Assembly: GCA_963705705.1 (NCBI GenBank)
Contig: CAVPKK010000007.1
Span: 192,001-256,000, forward strand
Length of the DNA stretch: 64,000 bases
Direction of reading: 5' to 3'
Source of the DNA: an uncultured bacterium
GTDB lineage: Bacteria; Babelota; Babeliae; Babelales; JABCYS01
Part shown: piece by piece, positions 10,468-18,866 of the stretch
Layout: every line of letters begins with the position of its first letter
How positions within the stretch are numbered: the first letter of the stretch is position 1
Notes under the pieces: model-generated
Told to the model about the DNA's origin: nothing
Database searches by the model: none
What the model saw: the letters and a program-made list of their open reading frames with translations, nothing else
Translations under genes and position numbers: made by a program

Positions 10468-11079
10468 ATGGCAAAGAACGGCGAAAAGATTAGTTTAGAG
10501 CTTATTCAGGAACTCAGAGAACGTACCGGTCTTGGTATGCTCGACTGCCGCAAAGCCCTCGAAGAATCAGCAGGGGATCTCGAGCAGGCACTCGATAACC
10601 TACGCAAAAAAGGGGCTGCTAAGGCAGCAAAACGTTCTGCCAACGTTGCCGCCGAAGGTCTCGTTCATGCCTATATCCACCCTGGCTCTCGCATTGGGGT
10701 AATGGTCGAAATTAATTGCGAAACTGATTTTGTAGCCCGCACCGATGATCTCAAGCAATTTGCCCAGGATTTGTGCCTCCATATCACGGCATTAAAACCA
10801 CTGTACATTGAACCTGCAAATGTTGATGAAAAATTTTTGATGCATGAGCGAGAAATTTTTAAGGCACAACTTGCTGACGCTGGCAAGCCTGAAAAGATTA
10901 TTGATCAGATTGTAACTGGCAAAATTGAAAAATTATTTGATGAAGTTTGCCTTATCCGTCAGTCATTTGTGAAAAATGATCAGCTCACGGTAAATGATGT
11001 ACTTGATGGCCTTCGTGCAAAAATGGGTGAGAAGATCGTAATTAAACGATTTGCTCGCTATGAAATTGGTGTGTACTAA
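10468..11079 (+). CDS. tsf: Elongation factor Ts (short form)
   Basis: ELRERTGLGMLDCRKAL, EGLVHAYIH, EINCETDFVA. Confidence 0.98.
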   Translation: MAKNGEKISLELIQELRERTGLGMLDCRKALEESAGDLEQALDNLRKKGAAKAAKRSANVAAEGLVHAYIHPGSRIGVMVEINCETDFVARTDDLKQFAQDLCLHITALKPLYIEPANVDEKFLMHEREIFKAQLADAGKPEKIIDQIVTGKIEKLFDEVCLIRQSFVKNDQLTVNDVLDGLRAKMGEKIVIKRFARYEIGVY

Positions 11080-11117
11080 GGATAAAAATCCATCATAAAA
11101 CCAACTAGGAAAACAAC

Positions 11118-11703
11118 ATGCTAGTCATCAATTTGAAAAACATGTACACCAACGATTTTGAGAAGTTGGTTGATAAAGAAATGGATGCGCCAATAAAACA
11201 TTTTGAACGAGAATTGGCTACCATTAGAACCGGGCGCGCACATCCGGCACTTGTCGAAGATATAAAAGTAATTGTCTATGGTGGTACGCAAATGGCCATT
11301 AGGGAACTTGCTACCATTACAACCCCCGAAGCACGCGCATTGTTTATTCAGCCATGGGATAAGTCGATCATTGGTGACATTGAAAAGGCGATCATGGCAT
11401 CCTCTTTGGGCCTTACACCTGCCAATGATGGAAATGTTGTTCGCATCACCCTGCCAGAAGTGAGCAGTCAGCGACGGGAAGAGCTTATCAAGGTTCTTGG
11501 CAAGAAGTTGGAAGAGACCCGAGAACGCATTCGAGATGTTCGGGCGACCTTCAGAACTGCAGCTAAAGAAGCTGAGCGGAAAAAGGAAATCGAGGAAGAT
11601 TTCTCTACGCTTGCAAGAACTGCTACAAAAGATACATGATAAATTTATAGCGCTTGCTCAGCAGATGAGTGATAAAAAAGAAAAAGAGATTCGCTCGGTT
11701 TAA
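11118..11703 (+). CDS. frr: Ribosome recycling factor with a frameshift near 11607
   Basis: IRTGRAHP, IQPWD, NDGNVVRITLP; C-terminus RLQELLQKIHDKF...KEKEI is in the +1 frame. Confidence 0.92.
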
Positions 11704-11711
11704 AGTCACTT

Positions 11712-11799
11712 TCGCGCTACATCCTTTTACCCCAAACTCACCCTGAAAGGGAACCCGAGTTCAGGGGCCCCGGATTGAATAAAATCAGGATGAGCGCGG
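11712..11799 (+). repeat. Composite palindromic element (outer hairpin plus CCCAAACTCACCCTG..GGGAACCCGAGT..GGGGCCCC core)
   Basis: Core recurs at 17172 (-), 30048, 34056 and degenerately at 37461. Confidence 0.85.
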
Positions 11800-11867
11800 C
11801 GGGCTTTATAATCTTATAAAGGTTTGTTAGACTACCGTTCATTGATTTGACTTAATAGTTGTTTTTC

Positions 11868-11943
11868 GAGCCGCTAGCTCAATTGGTAGAGCAACAGACT
11901 CTTAATCTGTGGGTTGTTGGTTCGATTCCAACGCGGCTCACCA
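11868..11943 (+). tRNA. tRNA-Lys(CTT)
   Basis: Cloverleaf; anticodon arm acaga-ctcttaa-tctgt; CCA encoded. Confidence 0.96.
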
Positions 11944-12057
11944 TTATAAGCTAAGCCGCGGAGCATTTCGTGCTCGGTAGGCAAGCGAATTGAATTTGAA
12001 TGGCTCGGTTATGCTTATTACTCATTGAGTAGGTGAGTAATAAAATATGAAATATAC

Positions 12058-12142
12058 GCACGAGTGGCGAAATTGGCAGACGCACTGGATTTAGGTTCCA
12101 GCGCCGCAAGGCATGGGGGTTCAAGTCCCTCCTCGTGCACCA
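12058..12142 (+). tRNA. tRNA-Leu(TAG)
   Basis: Anticodon arm ctgga-tttaggt-tccag, long variable arm, CCA encoded. Confidence 0.96.
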
Positions 12143-12353
12143 CTCAGCATCCCTGCTGAGTGAGAACAGTGGCTAAGAGAATTTGGTTTGCTTAGCGCTA
12201 GAAAACTTTGAAACCAATATTGCTGAGTGGTGCCCGACGAAGCCGCCAGTTCGATGATTTTATAATCATCTTGATGGCGTAGGCCGGGCTGAAGGCACAA
12301 AGACTTCCTCAGCCCACTTATATAAGATTCTGTAATTAAAAAAGGAGTTTGTT

Positions 12354-13700
12354 ATGGAGTCTAAGAATTTACCTCATCATTTTGCTTCTCAAGAACAGGC
12401 TGATTCGTTAAGCCTGCGGCTTGAGCAAGCGCATCCGCGATTATTAACTGCTACCATGTTTGTTCCGCATGGAATTATTAATCAGTTGTACCATGAAGCG
12501 TCCGTGGTGCAAAAAGAGCAATCTCATATCTATGGCTTTGCACGCGGGCATACTCCATTAGGGTATGTAACGGATGCATTTCGCACTCATTTAGTTCAAC
12601 ACTTACATGAGCTTCTGCTTAAGCATGTAGTCCTTGATAATTTATACCAACAGTTACGCAGTCAGCGCATCGTCTTTAGTGGCGACCCAAGATTATCTTC
12701 ATACGATATTTCCCTATCCAAAGAAACAGAAGATCCGGGGGCGCGATTCACCTTTGAATGTACCCTCACTGATACGTTTACCTTACATGGTTGGAAATAT
12801 TTCCCATTCAAACCACCTAAACGCAAAAATTATCGTGACCTTGATCGCCAGGTTGAATTTTTTGTTAAGGCAGCTGAGGAAGAATCGAAGCAGCCATATG
12901 AGGCAAAAGCTCAAGTAAATGATTGGGTAAAGTTTGAGTTATGTATTGTTTCACAAGCGACCAAAGAACAGATCAGTACTTGGCAACCCTATTGGATTAT
13001 TATCGGCGGCGAAGAAATTGACATGCCGTTCCACGAGCTACTAGCAGACAAAATGGTTGGCGACGAATGGTATACCGATTCTCCTGTCCTTCAAGAGTTT
13101 CTCAGCTCAAAGATGGATGCTCGTTATTTATTCAAAATCCGCATCACTGATATAGCACCCCATGCTCGCTTCTCATTAGATGATTTTAAATCGCAGTTCC
13201 GGTTGCGGACGCATAAAGATCTGCATAAAAAATTGATTGAAGTGTTCTCATTACGCAATGATCTTACACAGCGTCGTGAAACCATTGATGCTGTCTTTAA
13301 ATTATTGCTGACCAAAAATCCGATCACCCCTCCGCCGCATGTGCTTTTGCGCAGGCAAGAATCTTTGCTGGTGCACATACAAGAAAATCCGGATTATCAG
13401 GTATATAGAATGCAGAGGGGCTTTGAAAATAACATTCAAGAACTTGCCGAAAAACAGGTTAAAGAGATGATGATCATCGATTACCTGGCAGCACGAGAAA
13501 ATATTACGGCTTCAGCGCAAGACGTTAAACAATATTTAAACTTGCTTAAACGTGCACGAACGAAAGAATTTGTGTATTTTGATCTGCCTCCTACGCGGAT
13601 TTTTGGCCAAGAAATGCCAATTTCAGATGAGTTATTAAAGCGCCATTGCATCCGCGAAAAAACATTAAACTACGTGATTCATCATCTGACGAGAAACTGA
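12354..13700 (+). CDS. tig: Trigger factor (divergent)
   Basis: GFARGHTP resembles the GFRxGxxP ribosome-binding motif; size, C-terminal IREKTLNYV and position after tRNA-Leu fit. Confidence 0.75.
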   Translation: MESKNLPHHFASQEQADSLSLRLEQAHPRLLTATMFVPHGIINQLYHEASVVQKEQSHIYGFARGHTPLGYVTDAFRTHLVQHLHELLLKHVVLDNLYQQLRSQRIVFSGDPRLSSYDISLSKETEDPGARFTFECTLTDTFTLHGWKYFPFKPPKRKNYRDLDRQVEFFVKAAEEESKQPYEAKAQVNDWVKFELCIVSQATKEQISTWQPYWIIIGGEEIDMPFHELLADKMVGDEWYTDSPVLQEFLSSKMDARYLFKIRITDIAPHARFSLDDFKSQFRLRTHKDLHKKLIEVFSLRNDLTQRRETIDAVFKLLLTKNPITPPPHVLLRRQESLLVHIQENPDYQVYRMQRGFENNIQELAEKQVKEMMIIDYLAARENITASAQDVKQYLNLLKRARTKEFVYFDLPPTRIFGQEMPISDELLKRHCIREKTLNYVIHHLTRN

Positions 13701-13705
13701 TAATA

Positions 13706-14797
13706 ATGGAAAATCTTATCATAGTGGGATCGGGACCAGCTGGTCTTACGGCCGCTATTTACACCGGTCGCGCCAATTTAAAACCACTTATCATCGAAGG
13801 CCGCGCACCTGGTGGCCAGCTAATGGGAACCACCCTAGTTGAAAACTGGCCTGGGTATAAGCAAATCATGGGCCCGGCCCTGATGGCCCAAATGAGGGAA
13901 CATGCAGCAGCCTGCGGAGCCCGTTTTTTAAGTGATGAAGCAACGAAAATCGAGATAGTAAAAGGCTCTTCTAAACAGGAAGAAGTAGATCGCGCCCATC
14001 CTGAGTCTTCGACAAGCTCAGACCTAAAGGCCTTCGATACTCAAATGACTGTCGAAGGGTTCACTCCTGAGGCCCCTCGAAGGATCGAAGGATCAAAGCG
14101 CGCTAGTGACTCCTTCTCCATAGCAACTTCAAAAAATGGCACGTTACATGCCTCCGCCATAATTGTGGCATCAGGGGCATCACCGCGCAAGCTCAAGGTA
14201 CCCGGAGAAGAAACATATTGGGGTAAAGGGGTCACCACCTGTGCCGTATGCGATGGCGCCCTATATGCCGATAAGCCAGTCGTCATCGTAGGTGGCGGCG
14301 ATACCGCCATGGAAGAGGCCCTGTTTCTAAACAAATACACCGACGATATTACTATCATACAGCTCTTAGATAAGCTCACCGCCTCATATGCGATGCAACA
14401 GCCGGTTTTAGCCAATAAGAAAATAAAGATTTTGTACCAGGCTGCTATCTCCGAGATCAAAGGGGATGCTGATCATGCACGTGAGGTGGTGATCACAGAT
14501 CAGCAAACTAAGGCACAAACAACCCTTAAGGCTGATGGTATTTTTATTGCTATTGGTCAGATACCAAATACCCAGTTTCTGAAGGGAATAGTCGATCTGG
14601 ATCAGCATGGCTATGTGCAATGCCATGAGGCGCAAACTGAGCGGTTTAGCATGCTCACAGCTACCTCTGTGCCGGGCATCTTTGCTGCCGGCGACGTATC
14701 CGATCCTCGGTACCGCCAGGCAGTCAGTGCGGCCGGTTCAGGTTGTATGGCTGCTCTCGATGTTGAGAGGTATCTAAAAAAAATTGAATCAGTATAA
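13706..14797 (+). CDS. trxB: Thioredoxin reductase with a repeat-derived in-frame insertion
   Basis: GSGPAGLTAAIY, CAVCDG, GGGDTAMEEA, FAAGDV, YRQAVSAAGSGC. Confidence 0.97.
   Translation: MENLIIVGSGPAGLTAAIYTGRANLKPLIIEGRAPGGQLMGTTLVENWPGYKQIMGPALMAQMREHAAACGARFLSDEATKIEIVKGSSKQEEVDRAHPESSTSSDLKAFDTQMTVEGFTPEAPRRIEGSKRASDSFSIATSKNGTLHASAIIVASGASPRKLKVPGEETYWGKGVTTCAVCDGALYADKPVVIVGGGDTAMEEALFLNKYTDDITIIQLLDKLTASYAMQQPVLANKKIKILYQAAISEIKGDADHAREVVITDQQTKAQTTLKADGIFIAIGQIPNTQFLKGIVDLDQHGYVQCHEAQTERFSMLTATSVPGIFAAGDVSDPRYRQAVSAAGSGCMAALDVERYLKKIESV
13991..14102 (+). repeat. Nested palindromic element inside trxB
   Basis: cgcgcccatcctgag...tcgaaggatcaaagcgcg matches the intergenic copies at 31301 and 15253. 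Confidence 0.85.
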
Positions 14798-14817
14798 AAA
14801 CATGGAAACCAAAGTTT

Positions 14818-14961
14818 CCGTTCACCCTGCAAAGTCCGCCATAGCTCATATTCGCGCTCTGATCCTTCGATTAACTCAGGATGAGCGCATTCAAGTCAAC
14901 CTATGCCCAAGAGCGTCGGCGGAAGTGTTTTGCGAAACCTTGAGCCAAATGTATCGAAGGG
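14818..14961 (-). repeat. Full ~144-bp composite palindromic element
   Basis: Reverse complement is colinear with 62310-62454. Confidence 0.9.
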
Positions 14962-15037
14962 TTGAAAAAATCGTGATTTTCGCTTATATTTTGACCACTC
15001 AATAAAGATTACCCCATCCAATTTCCCAGGATAAATA

Positions 15038-15193
15038 ATGTCAGTAACCTTCAAGCTCAAACGCAAAAAACGTAATCGCAAGCATGGTTTTCGCATGCGT
15101 ATGAAGTCAAAAGACGGCCGTACAATTGTAAATCGCCGTCGTTCTAAGGGTAGAAAGCGTATAGCAGTTCGAGCACGCAAGACCAAGACCTAA
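15038..15193 (+). CDS. rpmH: 50S ribosomal protein L34
   Basis: [44 protein letters not shown] (below ORF-track length cutoff). Confidence 0.95.
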   Translation: MSVTFKLKRKKRNRKHGFRMRMKSKDGRTIVNRRRSKGRKRIAVRARKTKT

Positions 15194-15206
15194 ACAATAT
15201 CATTAT

Positions 15207-15323
15207 CGCGAAACACTTCCGCCAATATTCTATCCGCCCAGATTGACATGAGTGCGCTCATTCTGAGTTTATCGAAGAATCAAGCGCGAAGATAAGCTAA
15301 GGCGATACTTGCGGAATATGCGG
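15207..15323 (+). repeat. Composite palindromic element, inverted relative to the 14818 copy
   Basis: aaacacttccgcc...tgcgctcattctgagtttatcgaagaatcaagcgcgaa..agcta. Confidence 0.8.
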
Positions 15324-15452
15324 TTCAATTTGTGCTATGCTGTCAGTAGACTATCTATGCAAGCTGCAATAGAATTTAAAGTGTATTGAAATGTTGGAGC
15401 GCCCGGCTAACGTTGTTGGGCGCTTCTTTATTGTAGAAAAGGGTGAAATATC

Positions 15453-16151
15453 ATGTTTGGTAATGCATTATGGCAGCTCGTCATGTCTGCCGATACTATC
15501 GGTAAGTTAGTACTACTTGTGCTCCTAGCAATGTCCATTGTTTGTTGGACAATCTTTTTCTACAAGCTCATTCTCCTTCGATTAAAAAAAGAACAGGTAA
15601 GCCAAGCCCTGCAAAAAATAAAATCGGTCCATACGTTGCCGGAACTTGTGGCATATGCAAATGCAACCGCAAAAACGTTACCGGGATACTTTTTAACACA
15701 AAATCTTGCACTGCTTCGCCGTATCTTTGAACGACATACTGGTGTAACTCCCGAATCTGCACAAGCAAACAAAAGCCTAACCCAACGAGATTGGGACACT
15801 ATCGAATTGCATATTCAGCATTCGTTTGACGACATTGTGTTCCAAGAAGAAGCATACTTACCAATTCTTTTCTCCTCAGCGGGCGTAGCAACCTTAATTG
15901 GTTTGCTCGGAACCGTTTGGGGCCTTGTTCATTCTTTCGTGCGCATTGCTGAAAAGCAGTCTGCTGATATTGCAACAATTGCTCCCGGAATTGCCGAAGC
16001 ATTAATTACCACTATGGCCGGCCTATTAGTAGCCATTCCGGCATACGTTATGTATCACTATTTGGTGGTGCAAAACAGACGCCTTGAACATGAGCTTTCT
16101 CAATTTGCTGAACGTTATGAATTGATCCTCAAAAGTCTTTTGGCTTCATAG
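15453..16151 (+). CDS. tolQ: TolQ (MotA/TolQ/ExbB family)
   Basis: LIGLLGTVWGL, IAPGIAEALITTMAGLLVAIPA. Confidence 0.93.
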   Translation: MFGNALWQLVMSADTIGKLVLLVLLAMSIVCWTIFFYKLILLRLKKEQVSQALQKIKSVHTLPELVAYANATAKTLPGYFLTQNLALLRRIFERHTGVTPESAQANKSLTQRDWDTIELHIQHSFDDIVFQEEAYLPILFSSAGVATLIGLLGTVWGLVHSFVRIAEKQSADIATIAPGIAEALITTMAGLLVAIPAYVMYHYLVVQNRRLEHELSQFAERYELILKSLLAS

Positions 16152-16158
16152 GTGTCTT

Positions 16159-16563
16159 ATGAAAATCAAAAGAAAATCCAAAGAACAACAACTACCTGAA
16201 GTAAACGTTATTCCTCTAATCGACGTATCGCTTATGCTTTTATTGGTGTTCATGGTTACAACGCCAATGTTGCACCATGGCATCAAAGTTGAACTGCCAA
16301 AAGGCAAGGCGCAAGAAACAAGGTCTTTGGAAGAAGATCTAGTTGTTCATATCGATAAAAATAATAACCTCTTCTTCGCCGGTCAGCCAACTACGGTCAC
16401 CAAGTTAGAACAACAACTCAAAACCGGTGTAAAACCCGACAAGACGATATTTGTAAAAGCTGATCGCGGCATTTCATATGGTTCGGTAATGGAGCTCGTT
16501 GATCACATCAAGCAGATTGAGGGCATCAAGTATGTTGCATTGGCAACTGAGCGGAAAGCATAA
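16159..16563 (+). CDS. tolR: TolR (ExbD/TolR family)
   Basis: EVNVIPLIDVSLMLLLVFMVT, VKADRGISYG. Confidence 0.93.
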   Translation: MKIKRKSKEQQLPEVNVIPLIDVSLMLLLVFMVTTPMLHHGIKVELPKGKAQETRSLEEDLVVHIDKNNNLFFAGQPTTVTKLEQQLKTGVKPDKTIFVKADRGISYGSVMELVDHIKQIEGIKYVALATERKA

Positions 16564-17533
16564 ATTTCTTGCCCAGTTATTCTGCATTGCGGCGGCCGGG
16601 CATAGTATCGCCCTATTTCTTATCTTCTTTGTTTACCGCGGCGATCTGTATGAACGTCGCTTAACTATTAATATTCCACTCAATGCTCATATCGTTTTAT
16701 TGCCCTTTCAAAAATCGGTTTTGGGACATGGATCGCCTGCGCGCCCAAAGAGTGCTCAAGAAAATTCTTCCCCATCGCAAACGATAGATCCATCAGATGA
16801 GAACGACTCTGACAAAGAGTCTGGCTCTGAAGAGCAAACAATCGAATCTGCAATTCCATTGACTGGTCAAAAAACCTTTTTAGATAATGGTGAACTTGCA
16901 CGCAAAAAGCGGGCCAAAGAACGCGAAATTAAACGCAAGAAAAAATTAGCCCAAGAAAAAAAGGAAAAAGCGCTCAAGGAAAAGAAAAAGAAAGAGGAAG
17001 CTAAAAAGAAGGCCATCGAAGAAAAAAAGAAAGCTGAGCAAAAAGCAGCGGATGAAAAGAAAGCAGCCGAAGAGAAGAAGAAGCAAAAACAAAATGAAGA
17101 AATAGCCAAAAAGAAAGAAGCTCAAAAAGTTGAGCCAGCTAAAGACACGCCAATAAAGAATCAAAAAAATGATTCTGGGGCCCCCGACACTCGGGTTCCC
17201 TCTCAGGGTGAGTTTGGGGAAAAAGGATCAGAGCATGACGCCCCCGGCGACGGCGAACCGTTCTACGTTGGCCAATACGACCTAGAAACATTGCAACTCG
17301 CCCAAGAAGTAGCGGCCGAAATTGCACAAGTGTGGCGACCACCGGCTGGATTTAAAAATAAAAACTGTACGGTTCGTTGCGTTCTTGATTGGGATGGCAC
17401 TATGATCTCTCTTGCCTTTGAACAATCTTCAGGCAGCACGGTATTTGATATATCGGTCAAACAAGCAATCAATAAAATGAAATTCCCTAAGGAGTTATAT
17501 GGTAAGGAAATTATTCTACCATTTACGGCATAG
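16532..17533 (+). CDS. tolA: TolA-like protein
   Basis: N-terminal TM, Lys/Glu/Ala-rich stalk, TonB/TolA C-domain (WRPP, SSGSTVFD); between tolR and tolB. Confidence 0.85.
   Translation: MLHWQLSGKHKFLAQLFCIAAAGHSIALFLIFFVYRGDLYERRLTINIPLNAHIVLLPFQKSVLGHGSPARPKSAQENSSPSQTIDPSDENDSDKESGSEEQTIESAIPLTGQKTFLDNGELARKKRAKEREIKRKKKLAQEKKEKALKEKKKKEEAKKKAIEEKKKAEQKAADEKKAAEEKKKQKQNEEIAKKKEAQKVEPAKDTPIKNQKNDSGAPDTRVPSQGEFGEKGSEHDAPGDGEPFYVGQYDLETLQLAQEVAAEIAQVWRPPAGFKNKNCTVRCVLDWDGTMISLAFEQSSGSTVFDISVKQAINKMKFPKELYGKEIILPFTA
17172..17237 (-). repeat. Palindromic element inserted in-frame in tolA
   Basis: Reverse complement matches 11712-11776 closely. Confidence 0.85.
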
Positions 17534-18866
17534 CCTATTGTTAACAATAGTTTTTTTCTCCCCATTATTTGCATCCGACCAACCAAAACCTGCGCAGCTG
17601 CAGTTGGCGACTGTTACTGCCCAAAAATTTGAGAAGATGCCACTCTTAATTGTGGTGCACTCTCCCAAAAGAGAATTGCGGAAGATACTCACTTTCTTGC
17701 AGCATGATCTGAGCTTTACTAATCAATTTGATGTACAAATAACTGAACTTAGAGAACCGGTTCGAGAAAAGAACTCCTTTAATACTTGGGCAGAACAAGG
17801 ATACCCATTAGTCCTTATCGTTGAAGAAAATAACGCCCAAATCACCTGGCGTTTGTACGATACGTCATCGATAAACATGATTAAAGGTCAACAACTGCAA
17901 TCATCTGAACAGCCAAATGCCACGGCACATGCACTGGCCGATCAAATGTGGCCAGCCTTAACGGGATCTACCGGTTTCTTTTCATCAAAGTTGGTCTATA
18001 GCAAAATGGCGCAGCGGCGGGGACGGAATATCAAAAAGCATCTATTAATAAGAGATGCAACCGATACTACTGGCCATAGTGAACAATTATTGGTTAATTC
18101 GCCAACCATTAATGTATCGCCACGGTGGAACCGGGATGCAAAATCTCCGTTGGTGCTATATTCAGAATATACAAAATCAAATGTTCGTTTGGTAGCAGTA
18201 AACATGGAGGGCAAGCGCTCAATTGTTTCCAATTTCGATGGCGTAAATATGCAAGTGTCGTACAGCCATGATGGGAAAGAAGTAGTTTATTGCCTTTCTC
18301 GACCGCCGCTGCCAACATTACCTTCGCATACCACTACGCAGTTATATCATTACACAGTCGATGAATCAGGCGAACCAAAGGTAAAGAGATTAACACCGCT
18401 GGCAGGGAATAATTTTGCACCGTGTTGGGGCCCTGGCAACTCTATCTTCTATGCCAGTGATCTTGGTTCGTTAGGAAATCCTAAAATACATTGGCAATGC
18501 TTTGACAATGGTAATGTCACTCCAATTACCAATGCCGGCTTTTGCGTAAGCCCTACCTACAGCCCGGCTACCAATCGCTTGGCATATAGCAAAATGGTAA
18601 AAGGACGCATGCAACTATTTTTACATGATTTGGATACTAAGAAGGAAGAACAAATAACCTTTGATCCTGCAAGCAAGGATGAATGCTGCTGGTCGCCATG
18701 CGGCAACCTACTTGCTTTCGTTGCTGAACAACCGGGCACTGGTAAAAACCGTATAGGTATTTTTAACTTGATGACCCGTGAACAAAAAATGCTTACGCCG
18801 CCAAACGAAGATTGCGGCTACCCACATTGGTCGCCTATTTACTCTCAGTTGCCGATGAAGGGATAG
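17499..18866 (+). CDS. tolB: TolB beta-propeller protein
   Basis: Signal peptide, PD40-type repeats (SPRW, APCW, SPTYSP, WSPCG, PHWSP). Confidence 0.9.
   Translation: MVRKLFYHLRHSLLLTIVFFSPLFASDQPKPAQLQLATVTAQKFEKMPLLIVVHSPKRELRKILTFLQHDLSFTNQFDVQITELREPVREKNSFNTWAEQGYPLVLIVEENNAQITWRLYDTSSINMIKGQQLQSSEQPNATAHALADQMWPALTGSTGFFSSKLVYSKMAQRRGRNIKKHLLIRDATDTTGHSEQLLVNSPTINVSPRWNRDAKSPLVLYSEYTKSNVRLVAVNMEGKRSIVSNFDGVNMQVSYSHDGKEVVYCLSRPPLPTLPSHTTTQLYHYTVDESGEPKVKRLTPLAGNNFAPCWGPGNSIFYASDLGSLGNPKIHWQCFDNGNVTPITNAGFCVSPTYSPATNRLAYSKMVKGRMQLFLHDLDTKKEEQITFDPASKDECCWSPCGNLLAFVAEQPGTGKNRIGIFNLMTREQKMLTPPNEDCGYPHWSPIYSQLPMKG

Noticed and set aside
12232..12289. Hairpin between tRNA-Leu and tig as an ncRNA
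   Set aside because: Single copy in the window; cannot be told apart from a terminator or REP-like hairpin
14784..15186. ORFs 14784-15005 (+) and 14896-15186 (-)
   Set aside because: One translates the composite repeat; the other is the antisense shadow of rpmH
16900..17130. Lys/Glu/Ala low-complexity region and Phe-rich antisense ORFs
   Set aside because: Normal TolA helical stalk
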